A stretch of DNA of 64,000 nt from Yuukianura sp. NJ FZ-2021. Its lineage: Eukaryota. Location: the NCBI GenBank assembly GCA_046563655.1, contig CM102288.1, positions 5,890,001-5,954,000 of the forward strand. Reading direction: 5' to 3'. The notes under the pieces are model-generated. The model made no database searches, was not told the DNA's origin, and saw only the letters and a list, made by a program, of their open reading frames with translations. The translations under genes and the position numbers were made by a program. Within the stretch, counting starts at the first letter, position 1; every line of letters starts with the position of its first letter. Below, piece by piece: positions 13,842 through 26,277 of this stretch.

Positions 13842-15717
13842 TTAAATTGGGTTTTCATCAGTGTATATTATGTCTTTGATGTATTTATTTGGGAACTCCA
13901 CCGTATCATGGTACGTGCGTAGAATGTTGGCGGCCTCGCTAGTGCTAGCAATGTCGTCAAACTCTGGTTCGTCCGGCTGAAAATAAGTAAACGTAGTGAT
14001 TATGATACTTGAGGTGTTTCTAATTCCACGATGACATTGTAATAGAATATAGCGTACATTGAGTTCGTTCGTCACGTAAATGATTCTGTCCAGTCGCTGT
14101 AGCTTGCCAGTCGCTGAAGCATACGCCGCACCACACAAACTTCGGACACTCTGACCAAGTTTGAGAGTTTTTAGCTCTAGAGAACAATGTCATGTGTTTA
14201 TAAGTTTAATTTAAGGTGGCTATAGCAACGAAATTGTTTTGATTTAACAGGTTGAATGCACTTACCCTGAAGTTTCTTGATCGGACTCAAAATCTCGCAA
14301 AGTTTCCCGCGCTGATTTTCAATTCTTTCCAGCAAATAATATTCAGTTTCACCACTATCCCTCAACGGTTCTGCAGTCAGAATTTCCCAAGTATTTCCAC
14401 GTAGCTTAAGATGTTCCAAGTGAGGCACATTATCTACCAATGAACGGAAAGCTTCGAAACCTGGGGACATCAAGGTTGTGTGTGCAGTCGGTTCGTAAAC
14501 TACATCGATACTCAGTTTTTTTAAGTTGGGAAAAAGTAAGTAATTATCGCCTGGAGCGATTTGTGTGAGGCGGGTCAAGCGTAGTACGTGTAGGGCGTAG
14601 AAACGGTTTGTGGGGAGGTCCGGAATGTCTACGTAGTGACAGCGGTTTTCAAAAAATTTGAGTTTTGAAAGCGGCAAATGTTGAATCCAGTTCCAAATTG
14701 TAGTTCTGAGATCACGGTCAAGCTCTGGGGGCAGGGAAATGGCAAGGGAAACAATCCTGGGTTGTGGATCCAACTTGATGAGCTGATTCCAAACACCTTG
14801 AAATGTATTTGTTATGAGTCCAAGTCGAAGTTTTACTTTTGTAGAAGATGACGAAAGTAGGCTTAAAAGAACTGGCAGTTTCTTCAATTCTTGCTGACGC
14901 ATTGTTTTTTCGGCGTAGTTTCTATATCTGTACCTGGTTGCACGTCCAGGGTAGTCGTAGTCTACGCAGCAGAAGTATGGATAATACAGTAGCGAAAGAA
15001 CTTCTAGACGAGGAGAATTTTTGATAATGATTTCAAAAATTGTGGGCTGATTAGCTGATCTTTGCGGTCGACTATTATAATCCATCAGTGCAAATTTTAC
15101 CTTGAACTTTCTAAGGTGTGAAAAAACTTGAGTGATACTTGAGTCTTGTGTGACTGGAAAATCAAATTTGAAGGGAGTCACTAGGTAAAGTGAAGTAACG
15201 TTTGAAATGTTTGAAGTGAGTAACAGGGGAACTGATTGCCGGTAGTCCGTAGCTGGTGTGTAGCCGTTATGTCTTTGAACGGCAAATCTTGATTCATCAT
15301 ATATTTGTCTGTTTACAATGTAGAACTGCATTGCTAGTCCAGTGACGTCTGAGCCATAGCGGCTCAAAAAGTCTTCAACTGTGCTTGTTGCAACGTCATG
15401 GTCAAAGTGGATGCAAAATTTTGAAAATGGAATTTGAACTCCTGGAGTTGTGCGCATGATCCACGAGAAATATGCGACGTCGCTGTTGGATCGGAAGTTG
15501 ATTACTTTGGATCTACTTCTGAGAATCAATAGTGTAACTGGGTGATCTCTCCAATAGCGACAAACGAGGCGACATTTTAGGATGTCTTGGACTGGAAGTG
15601 CTGATAGGATTTTTAAAAAAATCTGGAAATAAGAATGAAAGATATTAAACGATACTTTTTATTAGCCAAAAATATTTTGAAAAAACAACTTACCTCGTCT
15701 GAGAATTTATTAATCAT
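13842..15717 (-). CDS. F-box protein, subtype B copy 2
   Basis: Paralog of 6934-8988, represented by ORFs 14198-15529 and 13842-14138. The position of the paralog's ATG reads ATA (15768). The next in-frame ATG is at 15717 (MINKFSDE). Confidence 0.8.
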
Positions 15718-16607
15718 TTTTTCTGACTGATATGATTTTTGTAATGCCACAAGTTTCCACTTCTCTATTTTCTTTTTGAGTTCAGCAAAGTAAGGAATAG
15801 TTCTATGAATTTGTTGTTCGAAAAACTTTAGCTTTGAGTAAAATCCAAGAAGTTATTTTCAGACAAGGACACTTACATGCCTAAAGGGTTTCGCGTAGCA
15901 CTAAATTGGAAAACTTTCTTTTCAAACTTTTTCTCATAAAAACCCCTCAGGAACATAAAGTCGAGTTTTTCACAAGTAGATTCTTAAAAACTAAAAAACA
16001 AAGTCAGTTTGGTCCACGTAATCGTAAATTTGCAAACTAAATATCAGTCAAAGATAAAGTGTGAAAAAATTGTGAATTTTTTTTAATGTTTCATTTTGAT
16101 GAAAACTACAAGTTGGCTGTATTTGTCATGAAATGTTTCAATTCTAATCGGTTTTTCGAGTAACTGTCTTTCTTAGCCTATAAAAACATAAAACTGTTTG
16201 AAATTTTTTGTCTTTGTAAGTTCGCCTTAAAAATATTTCAAGCGAACTTACAGCAACAAAAAAAAATTTTTTTTTACAATTTTACAGAAACAAAAAACAT
16301 TTCGAAAAAATGTTTCGATTGGACTTATTTCCGTAGTGCCGTAAAACCGTAACAAGCCAAAAGACTTCTCTTTACAAAAATAAGTTTTTAAAAACCCTTG
16401 TAAAAATTTAACTTTCAAAATGTCTGATGTAAATTAAAGTCAATAAGTGACTCTAACGAAAGAAATGATTTCAAATCGCAGATATAAACTGTAGTTGAAT
16501 GGATATTAGTAATACTGATACTGATGAATATTGATATAGACAATAACTATTTGAATTTTCTGAAAACTTTTAATTAAACTACTGTGTTATAAATTTTATG
16601 CTAACAA

Positions 16608-18698
16608 CTAATCTATAACTTCATTGATGAACAAAACCTTGTCATGGTACTTTCGTATAAGATTCGTGTCCATCTTACGAGTGGTATCCAAATTCTGAGA
16701 AGATTAAGTAAACATTATTGTCATTTAATTAATTATTGTCATTTAATTAATTAGTGTAATTTAATTAATTAGTGTAATTTAATTAATTGATTACTGCCAG
16801 TTTCTTTACAATAAGTTACCTGGTCATCGTGTGTCACAAAGGTGAGTTGTCGGAGTCGTTTGAGTCGACCGGTGGCGGATGCGTACAAAGCAGCGCAAAT
16901 GTCGCCAAACTTCAAATCGATTTCAAGATACTCCAATTCTAAAATGAATAAAATGTTGTTCAAACGCATTTTCGAAACTAAACTCAATCAGCTCTAAATG
17001 CGGTTGCTAATTTTTTTTTTGAAGAAAATTAGAAAATCTTGATTTTTTTAAATGTAATCAAGATTTTTATTATTTAGATCAAGTACGCGTCTTATTATAT
17101 TAGCAGGGTTGTCAACAATATGTGCTAAACTAAAAATGAATTAAATCATTGTTTTAATCAACTTGATTTAAATCAATGCCAACGTAGTCCTAAATGGGTT
17201 AGGTATTTTTTTTCACTTACTGTTAAGTTCTCCAATTGGACTTGCATCAACGCCAAACGTTTTTCCTGAGAAATCTTCAATATGCTGAAGTATATATTGT
17301 AGTCCTCGGAAAGAACTTCTATCACTGCTGTAAGGTTCGCCAGTTAGCACTTCCCATGACCATCCCGTTAGCTTTAGGCTTTCCAAGTGAGGCAAATTTT
17401 TTACCAAGGCGTGAAATGCATGAAAATCTGGCTGGAAAGATGACCTAGTGCCATGTTTCCGCAAACATACACTCAGTTTCTTCACATTTGGAAACAGGAA
17501 ATGGGCAAAGTTTGAAGTTATGTTGGTGACACTGGTCAAGCGTAGTTGGTGCACAGTGTAGAATGGATTCGTGCGTAAATTGGGAATGTCGTTGTAGTGC
17601 CTATGATATTGAAAGAACTTGAGTTTAGCCAAAGGTAAAGTTTGAATCCAATTCCAAACTGAAGTTTTGAGATCCAAGTTCAGTTCAGTCGGAAGTGAAA
17701 TAGCAAGAGCAGTAATTCTGGGTTGAGGAGTTAATGCTACGAGTTGGCTGCAAACATTTTCAAACGTGTCGGTGATAATTCCGAGCCGAAGTTTGACTTT
17801 TGTTGACGCCGATGGAAGGCAACGTAACAAGTTTGGTAAGTTTTGGAGTTCGCTTAAACGCATAATGGTTTCATGATAGTTATCCGGCTTACTTGGCCTG
17901 TGACGCCACGACAACGGAATGCCAGGGTAAACGTTGTCGACTGGACCAAAGTGAGGATAGTAAAGTAGCGAAAGTACTTTGAGATGAGGTGAGTTCTTGA
18001 TGATGTTTTGAAACATTGCTGGCTCCTTGGATTTACTTCTCCAGTCATGTAGTATGAATTTGACCTTGAAGTTTTTTAAATTTCGGAACGCTTGAGCACA
18101 ACTTGTCTCATTTGTGGCGGGAAATTCGGTTCCGTAGGAAACGACTAGATACAAAGATGTTAAATTTGAAGTGGTAAAAAGTATAGTTTGAACTGAGCGC
18201 CCATAGTCACTTCCCCATGAGCGACTTTTTGATTTCCACTGTGGAAGTTTCGAACTCCATTTCTTACGAACCCTCGGCAGTAAACTGATTTCAGTAACTT
18301 GTGTAGTTTTTAAGAAATCTTCAATTGTATTTAGTTCAATGTCTTTATCAACTGCAAAAGCAAACTTGGAAAATGGAACTTGTGAGCCTGGAGTAGTGCG
18401 CATGAGCCACGAGAAGTATTTGATGTCGTTGTTGCTTCGGAAGTGAATTGGCTTGTGACATTTGCGTAGCACAAGAAACAGTGATGGGTCGTCCCTCCAA
18501 CTGCGGCAAACCAGGCGACAATTCAGAATGTCGTTATTGGAAAGCAGCGAAACTATTTGGCCGAAAACCTATTTAAAAAATAAAGTATTTGACAAAAATG
18601 TTTTTCTAGATCAAAAATCAACAACTTACTTCTGTTGGTAGCGTATCAAAAACATCTTGTTGCTGATTTGCGTCTGCCGAAGCCCATATTTCCTCCAT
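16608..18698 (-). CDS. F-box protein, subtype A copy 5 (4 exons)
   Basis: Exon 1 is 18698-18630 (MEEIWASADANQQQDVFDTLPTE). ORF 17213-18472 and part of ORF 16769-16987 are coding. The last exon ends KYHDKVLFINEVID*. Confidence 0.85.
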
Positions 18699-18842
18699 TC
18701 TAACTTTCACTTTTGTCTTGAAGTGTTGTTAGTTGATTACACAATTAAAGTACAAAATTTTAACAGCGTAGCAAGTAACAAAAAATCTGTTATTTTTAAA
18801 ATCGAGAAATAAGAGTCCCTTGAGTGGCTGAGACACTTTAGT

Positions 18843-19184
18843 TTGAATTCCGTGCTTTTTGGAGGTAAAACTTCTGTTCGTTTCCACTTTGCTCCAGGGC
18901 GAAACAAAAATACGAAACCCCAAACACTATAAATAAATGTCCATAAACTTTGTCCTTGGTTAGGTTAGTCCTACCCAAGATTAAATCCCTCTCCAACTGC
19001 AACTTTATTTTGCTTGAATTCCGTGCTTTTTGGAGGTAAAACTTCTGTTCGTTTCCACTTTGCTCCAGGGCGAAACAAAAATACGAAACCCCAAACACTA
19101 TAAATAAATGTCCATAAACTTTGTCCTTGGTTAGGTTAGTCCTACCCAAGATTAAATCCCTCTCCAACTGCAACTTTATTTTGC
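18843..19184. repeat. Apparently perfect 2 x 171-bp tandem duplication covering the upstream block conserved among F-box A genes
   Basis: ttgaattccgtgctttttggagg...tttattttgc occurs at 18843 and 19014. Confidence 0.9.
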
Positions 19185-19305
19185 TTTTCAACAATTTAAA
19201 ACCAAAAATTCAAATGATCTAACGTACTATGTACAACTCTGAAAACCGTAAGAGCTACTTTCAAAAATATGAAACCGAAAAATCTTCTACAAAAAACAAT
19301 TTTCG

Positions 19306-22300
19306 TCAGAAATTTTTGCAATTCGTTGAGTCCTCCGGATTTACCGTAAAACTGTCTACTTCATTGCGAATTTTCATACATTCCTGGTTCTCTCCACGGT
19401 ACGGCGTCACAATTCGGCACAAAAAATATTTTCGGCATTCAACCGTATCACACGCAGGAGCATATTTGCTTCCCTTGTTGTAATTCCTGTCGTAAACATA
19501 AGAAAGGTCAAATTCGTGGTAACCAAGGTCGAGCTTTGACATTACCTGTAGTATTTCCTGAAAAGTTGCTCGTCACAACCCATGCGATGGACAAATTCGT
19601 GTAAAGATGCTGCCGAAACATCATTGAGTTCATACTCCTCCGTTGCTTTATACAGTCGGAACCATTCGGGAGCCGAAGTTGCTTCGCTATTGGCCAGTTC
19701 AAGGTCATACACCCACGTTTCATGGTCAACGACGCTGGAAGTATCAGCATCCACTGTATAAATTTTGTAACCAGGGTTGAGATGATCATAGGGCGACAGC
19801 GATGCGCCGATAAAAATGGAACTTATAGGCTGCACATATGTGTTCTGATCATAGTAGATTTGAAATTCATCCCAATGCATGTGTGCAAAGAACTGCGCAG
19901 TGACTGTGTTTCTGTACTGTGTAATGATATTGTAGTAGTTTCTTGCGCATGCGGACCAGGCATCACCCAATCCTAGCGGAAGATGACCAATTACGTGGAC
20001 TTTGACATTGTCACGCTCAGCGTCTTCTAGTTCCTGTATTAGCCAGTGAAACTGATGACCTTGGTCGACGTGATCGTAAATCTGCCAACTAAAAAAAGTG
20101 TAGTGAAGTTTTGGAAATCTTTGAAACCAAGGTTCCTTGACGCCGAAAAATGAATTTTCTTTAACAGGTTGAGTACTACCTCGTTTGTTGACAAAAAAAT
20201 GAAGAAGAAAACAATTGGTACCAATCCAAAAAAACAAATTGGTCCTAATTCGTATGTAAAACTTATAAAATTCTGATGTATTGTTATGACTACGATACCA
20301 TGAAATGAAAGACACTTCATTTTTTTGCAAAATCGAGGTACTACTCAACCTGTTAAAGAAAATAAAGGTCAACAAACCTTGGTTGGAAATTTTTCAAAAA
20401 TTTTTACAATTTTGATGAAAATTACAAGTTCAGTGTGTAGCAGAGGTTGGAGTTGAGCACAATAATTTTTAAAAATGGCGCCATTTGCACAGCATAGTAT
20501 CCGCTTAATTTGAAACTATTTTCAAGAGGAATCCAGTCTTTCCATTGGTCGTAGAGGAAGTTGTAGGCGTGGCTTGTCGAAAGATTTGAAGGCACCCAGT
20601 GAGGACTAAACCTAAAATTTTGAAACAAATTTTTCAAAAAAAAAATCTAAAGCTGTTTTTTTTTTTGAAATTTTTAAACTAGTACAAATTGGAGGGATGA
20701 ACATCGTGATTCCCTATAACCGGGACGATTACTGTGCTGTTTAAGTACTTTCGAATGAGCGTCGATGCTGTTCTGATTACTTTTTCATTCACTTCTTGAC
20801 TAGTGCTGTCCATGTTGTGCGGGACCAAGTCACCAGTTAAGTAAACCAGGTCAATGTCCTGGAAAAACATGCATGTTAGATATGAGCAGGACTTTTTTTC
20901 CACATTTTTTACCGTATGTTCAGTTGCAATATGTTGAAGAGCGTTTTCCAAAGAATTGAGTGGCAAGTCACAAGTGCCATAACTTCCGTAAAGGCCCGCC
21001 ATGTCACTGGTGACGTCATACCCAATGTCGCTGTTGCCATGACAACAAAGGAATCCGTTGCAGTCGGCTGAGCTTCCAACTTTGTAGTCAAGGTCCAAGT
21101 GAATGTCAGTCAATTGGAGGATTTTTATCCGTCGGCGCTAAAGGTTAGAAATTTTGAAACTTTTTAGTTAACCTTTAGAAATTGATGGGTCGAAGTAAAC
21201 TGGAATTTCAACAATTGTAACCAGCGTAACCCTGGGTGTTTAAAAATTTGGTAGAGGTTGTTGCGCTGTTTGGTTACAACCAGGGTTCGAAGGCTGTAAC
21301 TTACGTCCTGTAACTTACGTAACTTACGTACGTAAGTTACGTAATTTTCAGAGGGGTTGTAATTTTCGAAATTTTCATTCTTTTGAATTTTACGCGGGAG
21401 GGAGACAGCGTAGGAGTCAGGGGAGCGGGAGAAGTCCAAAATAACAAAAGAGCAGTGATTGAGATGATTATTTTTTCGGTTTTTTCTCGAGCAGACTGCT
21501 CGAGAAATACCAGGATATTCTTCGAGCAGTCTGCTCGAGAAATACCAGGATATTTTTCGAGCAGTCTGCTCGAGAAATACCAGGATAATTCTCGAGCAGT
21601 CTGCTCGAGAAATACCAGGATATTCTTCGAGCAGTCTGCTCGAGAAATACCAGGATAATTCTCGAGCAGTCTGCTCGAGAAATACCAGGATAATTCTCGA
21701 GCAGTCTGCTCGAGAAATACCAGGATATTCTTCGAGCAGTCTGCTCGAGAAATACCAGGATATTTCTCGAGCAGTCTGCTCGAGAAATACCAGGATAATT
21801 CTCGAGCAGTCTGCTCGAGAAATACCAGGATATTCTTCGAGCAGTCTGCTCGAGAAATACCAGGATAATTCTCGAGCAGTCTGCTCGAGAAATACCAAGA
21901 TATTTTTCGAGCAGTCTGCTCGAGAAATACCAGGATATTCTTCGAGCAGTCTGCTCGAGAAATACCAGGATATTCTTCGAGCAGTCTGCTCGAGAAATAC
22001 CAGGATAATTCTCGAGCAGTCTGCTCGAGAAATACCAGGATATTCTTCGAGCAGTCTGCTCGAAAAATACAAGAATAATTGTCGAGCAGTCTGCTCGAGA
22101 AATACCAGGATATTCTTCGTAGCTTTTCTTCCTGTTGTTTTAACTGGCTGTTGTTGAAATGCCACGAGTCAGAGATCCGATTTGGAACGATTTTGACCTT
22201 GAACCAAACCCGGGCAGTAAGATCCCCTGGGCAAATTGTAAGTTGTGTGATTGGAGACATGCAGGAATCCCGGACAGGATGAAATCACACTTACAGAAAC

Positions 22301-23526
22301 ATCAAAACGTTGGCAAAGACTCCGAATCAATTGGGCCAAGTACGTCATGTTCACTTTAACATTTTCAGAGTCTAATTGTTGAGAGCGAGCAGCGAGCCTG
22401 AGGAAGAGTTAGATGTGATGGCAGTGGAAAAATTAGTGTTATGTTTCTCGAACTATTTGTGTTAATTGCGTTAAGTGTGTTAGTTTAGTCTTAAAAATAA
22501 AATAGTAGTAAATATTGTCTACCGCAGTATATTTCTATGAGGCCTTGGTTTGATTTTTAACGCAATTACATAGTAGATATTAATAGTTTATGGTTTGGGG
22601 ATGGGAGTGGGGTGCAGGTGGCTTGTTTTGAAAATTACAATCTTACGTAGATTACGCCAGTTACGATAATTACGTAAGTTACGTAGTTTTCGGCAAAAAT
22701 ACCGTAATTTTCGAACCCTGGTTACAACCGATGCAATTTAGGTTTACTTCAACATTTTAACATCATACGCTAGACGTACGGTAAAGCTGTTAGGGAATAT
22801 TGACTTCCGGATTGGTTGCGACCACTCTTGAGCGGCAATTTCTGAAATGTTGATACTCCAATTTGAAAACTCAGAAGGCGCCAAGCATCCTATAGATTCA
22901 AAAACTATTCCGCATGCCATGCTAGTCGTGATGTTGAGACTATTGGACAACATGTAGTATGTTGCCGGCATCATGTGCTGCACCAGTCCTTCACAAACTG
23001 AATCACTTTTCAGTTGTAAAAAGGAACAAATTTTGATGAGTTGCGCAGAAATTGAGTCAAGGTCAACTCCTGACCTCACCTAAATCATTTCATTGAAATC
23101 ATAATTTGAAACAACTTTTGAAACTTTTCAAAACTTTGAGTTTACCTGGTCCATGATGTAGCCCATGCCAACTCGACATGCGTGACAAGACACATTAGGG
23201 TTGGATTGTGGTCCACCTTCCAGTAACTCCAGAAATGCCGAAGTATCCGGAAGTTCAAATCCTTCTGGAATGTTGAACGGAAATTCGTCCGACATGAACA
23301 TGGCTATAAATTCTCCTAATTTTGAAACTTCCGCGCTCAAATCACCATCTGAAGAGTAGTTTTCAATTCCAAAGTCCTTTGAAAAACCTATTCAAATGAT
23401 CAAAAATGTTATTGGGTTCACGATTCAAAAAGTACAAAAAAAAATATTTTGAACAAAATACTTACAAATTCCGAAAAAAGTTGACACAACCAATAATCCA
23501 AGTTTTGCGTAAATCCAGCGTATCAT
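19306..23526 (-). CDS. Acid sphingomyelinase (SMPD1-like; saposin-B plus metallophosphoesterase domains), multi-exon
   Basis: Signal exon 23526-23466. Saposin cysteines (SCHAC, KIC, VCEG, MACG). Metallophosphoesterase motifs TDIHLD, TGDL, GNHD, GHLP, AHMH. C-terminal NPGYKIY and CDTVECR..LC. Confidence 0.92.
20128..20381. mobile_element. MITE in a sphingomyelinase intron (CAAGG...CCTTG ends); related degenerate copy at about 41498-41750
   Basis: About 30-bp inverted repeat attttctttaacaggttgagtactacctcg / cgaggtactactcaacctgttaaagaaaat, with termini caaggtt / aaccttg. Confidence 0.65.
21486..22119. repeat. 35-bp palindromic minisatellite, about 18 copies
   Basis: Unit ctcgagaaataccaggatattcttcgagcagtctg, period 35 (21499 to 22094). 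Each unit contains the hairpin tcgagcag-t-ctgctcga. Confidence 0.95.
22159..22359 (+). pseudogene. hAT transposase N-terminal remnant (BED zinc finger)
   Basis: DPIWNDF...ANCKLC...RMKSHLQKH fits the BED pattern W-x2-F...C-x2-C...HL-x-H. No catalytic domain follows. Confidence 0.8.
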
Positions 23527-25233
23527 GTCGTTCATAAAATAAAAGCAGTATAATTTTTTCTACGGCCAGAAAATGCACACAATTTTCAAATTTTGAAATA
23601 ATTTGTGAAATGTTTGTTACAAAAGTGAAAAAGTTGATGGATTTTGTGCTTAGTTCACAAAACAAAGTTTTACGAGCATTAGTTATCTGCAGAATCTTGG
23701 GCCTATCATTGTAGGTCAAATCAACAAATGAAGGCCATCTCTGTTTCTTGAAAATTTAAAAATTTTTTTTAAAAAGTTGTTTTTTTTTCGAAAAGCTGTG
23801 CTGGGTTTTGGTTTTGCAACCATAACTTATATCTGTATCGATTTACGAACTTATGACTTTGGGGCACTGTGAGATTTTGAAATGTCAATTCAGTCCAACA
23901 GAAGGTGAAACTTCTTTGTTTCCAATACAGAAGTAAATATATTGCGTTTAAATGTCAATCTTTCCACGATTTCTCGAAGTTTACATTTTTTTTACATGTT
24001 GAAGAATGATCTTGTATGATTACTCGACACCCATGTAACTCCGCGAGCAAAATTTTGAATTGCTTTTTTACAGATGAATTGCTTATTGCTTAAAATGATC
24101 TTTACTCAGAACAGATCGGAGTTAACACATGCTCCATCAATTACTTTAATACAAACCAAGTTTATGCAAATCAAACCAATAAAGTGCGTGTTATCGGCAC
24201 TAACTTTTTACGCGTCGAAAAAAATTCACCTTTGTATGCCATTTTTGCAATTTTGAAACAATTTAAAAAAAATTAATGGATTTGGTTTCAGGCTGGATTC
24301 GTATATAGGTCAAGTGATCAGATTGAGGATTTCTGAACACTTTGTTCTTTTGGTTGAAACTTTATCTTTAAACAACAAATATTTTTATAATATATTAAAC
24401 AAATATTAAAAATAATATTGTGTCGCTATAACAACTTGTTTTGTGTTGGATTTCGTGAGACGTGATATGTTCGTGTTCGGACATTTTTCCGGCTCAGATA
24501 CCTTAACAAGAAATTGTATTCGCTGAAGGGAAGATTTAGAAATAGTAGAAAAGCAACTAATTCCTTTAAAGGAGGAAAAAATTTTCGCAGAAAACGTAGA
24601 AACCGGAGTTATTAAACAAACTGTTGTAGAATAAACAAGCGAATTTTTTACCAACCTTGATTTCCATCTTTTTTGTGTTTTACGTTATTTCATTACACAC
24701 TTATGTTCTGAGAGTAAGTTTACAAAATTTTGAATTTTAGGACATCCTCAGTTTTCGTTTTATATTTCGTGAGTGTTAATATGTTTAGAAATTCAAACTT
24801 CAAAAAAATTGTTGCTGCGTGTGAAAGTACTACGAAGCTGTGGTTAACTCGTGTTTAAATTTTTATTGTCTCCAGCTTTGCATTGCCTCTGACCCGTCTC
24901 CTGTCACATGTATTTTAAAAATACCGCGGTATTTCACAACCTTGTAACCAACGAAAATTCAACACACCTTGGATTCAATGTGAAGAAATGAATTGTCGAT
25001 GCAAACAATATGCATACAATGATGCAAACAATAGTGGCGGCAGTTACCAGCATTGCATTTGACCTTCACTTTTAGAACCTATTCAACAGAAGCTTTTGTT
25101 CCAGAATTTCAAAAATATGATCTGGTTATAGTTGCTTAGCGTCAAGAAAGGTTAAAAACAAGGGAAGCGCTGCCCATATTTTTGTGGTGGAATCTTGTGC
25201 GTTATATTTGACATATTCAAACAAATCCAGAAA

Positions 25234-25842
25234 ATGAGGAGTTTTGTTGTCGTGGCGCTGATGGGATTAATCGTGGCAGAAGAGGTTATGTGCGACGACT
25301 TTTTTCTGCTGCAAGGCCTTAAACATGAGGAGGATAAGTTCATTATGAAAGTGGATTTGCCCGAATCTGTTAGAGACGCAGATGAGGCTATTCGTATGGG
25401 CAGAATGAATAAAATGGCTATTGGTATTATCTGCAAAACGAAGGCCCCTTACAACCCCGACTGGAGTTTCCACTTTGGTAAAATACATTAATTCGTACAA
25501 TTACAAATTGCTAGTTTCATACAAAGTGCAGTATGCCATACAATGGAAATGCTAGACCTGTATTACTCCAACTTCTGCATAGTCGCCCTGGGAGTGCACG
25601 GAAATGATGCAGTTCATTCAATTTTTCTAATTGAAATTATTCTGTTTTTCTTTTGAAAACGTCTAGATCCGAAGACTGTTCATTTCACGGACGCTTGCGT
25701 GGAAGTATATGACGCTGCCATGCGTGAGGTGGAGAAGCACTTGAACGAAACAGGAGGTGCGTATCTTCCAGGAAACAAATGGTGTCCATGGGGCGCCTAT
25801 TTAGCGGGCAGAGTGAATCCTCCAAGCTCGAACTCACAATAA
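25234..25842 (+). CDS. Small secreted BP74-N / CaM-BP15-like protein (2 exons)
   Basis: Exons 25234-25477 and 25667-25842 join in frame: signal peptide ... GIICKTKAPYNPDWSFHF|DPKTVHFTDACVEVYDAAMREVEKHLNETGGAYLPGNKWCPWGAYL. The family assignment is from recalled motifs. Confidence 0.78.
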
Positions 25843-26277
25843 TCATACGTTCGACAAAACAAGTGAAGAGCTACGGATTGTTTGCTGTAACTCATATACT
25901 GAACAACCTTGATTACACTGATTTATTTATGGGTGACATCAACGTTGCTTAAATAGGAGTTTTGTTTATTATTTTTTAGTTTATCCCATATCCCATAATC
26001 CCTGTGCGCTATACTTACGCGCTTCCATTACCTTAGCAATCCCAATTGAAAAATATAGATTTCTATAGCAAAAGCGTAAGAAAAAAAACAATATTTTTGG
26101 TGAGACAACAAAATTCGTCTAAAAGGTGTTTTTTTTTCTAGTTTTTTTTTTAATTCGGAGTTATGACGTAACCTCTTACGGCATTTGTACAAATGGCCGC
26201 TATAGCAACGTTGGGGTGACATAAAAAACTATTCTGGGTAAAATTTCCCCAGGGTGATTCGTAGAGGCATGGTAACG

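Larger units (their letters stand above)
21281..22720 (+). mobile_element. Non-autonomous hAT transposon (internal deletion derivative) in a sphingomyelinase intron
   Basis: 11-bp TIR cagggttcgaa/ttcgaaccctg. Perfect 8-bp TSD gttacaac (21273-21280 and 22721-22728). Subterminal ttacgt repeats at both ends. BED zinc-finger remnant inside. Confidence 0.92.

Noticed and set aside
11218..18970. TTAGG telomere-like motifs at about 11218, 13551 and 18958
   Set aside because: Only two units each, which is not an interstitial telomeric array. They are probably parts of small repeats.
18838..19194. 118-aa ORF with an internal repeat
   Set aside because: It results from the 171-bp non-coding duplication.
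21486..22119. CRISPR-like array of palindromic repeats
   Set aside because: The intervening sequences are near-identical rather than unique spacers, there are no cas genes, and the context is a eukaryotic intron within a hAT element.
21164..22260. Long ORFs of 333 and 307 aa
   Set aside because: They are translations of the stop-free 35-bp minisatellite.
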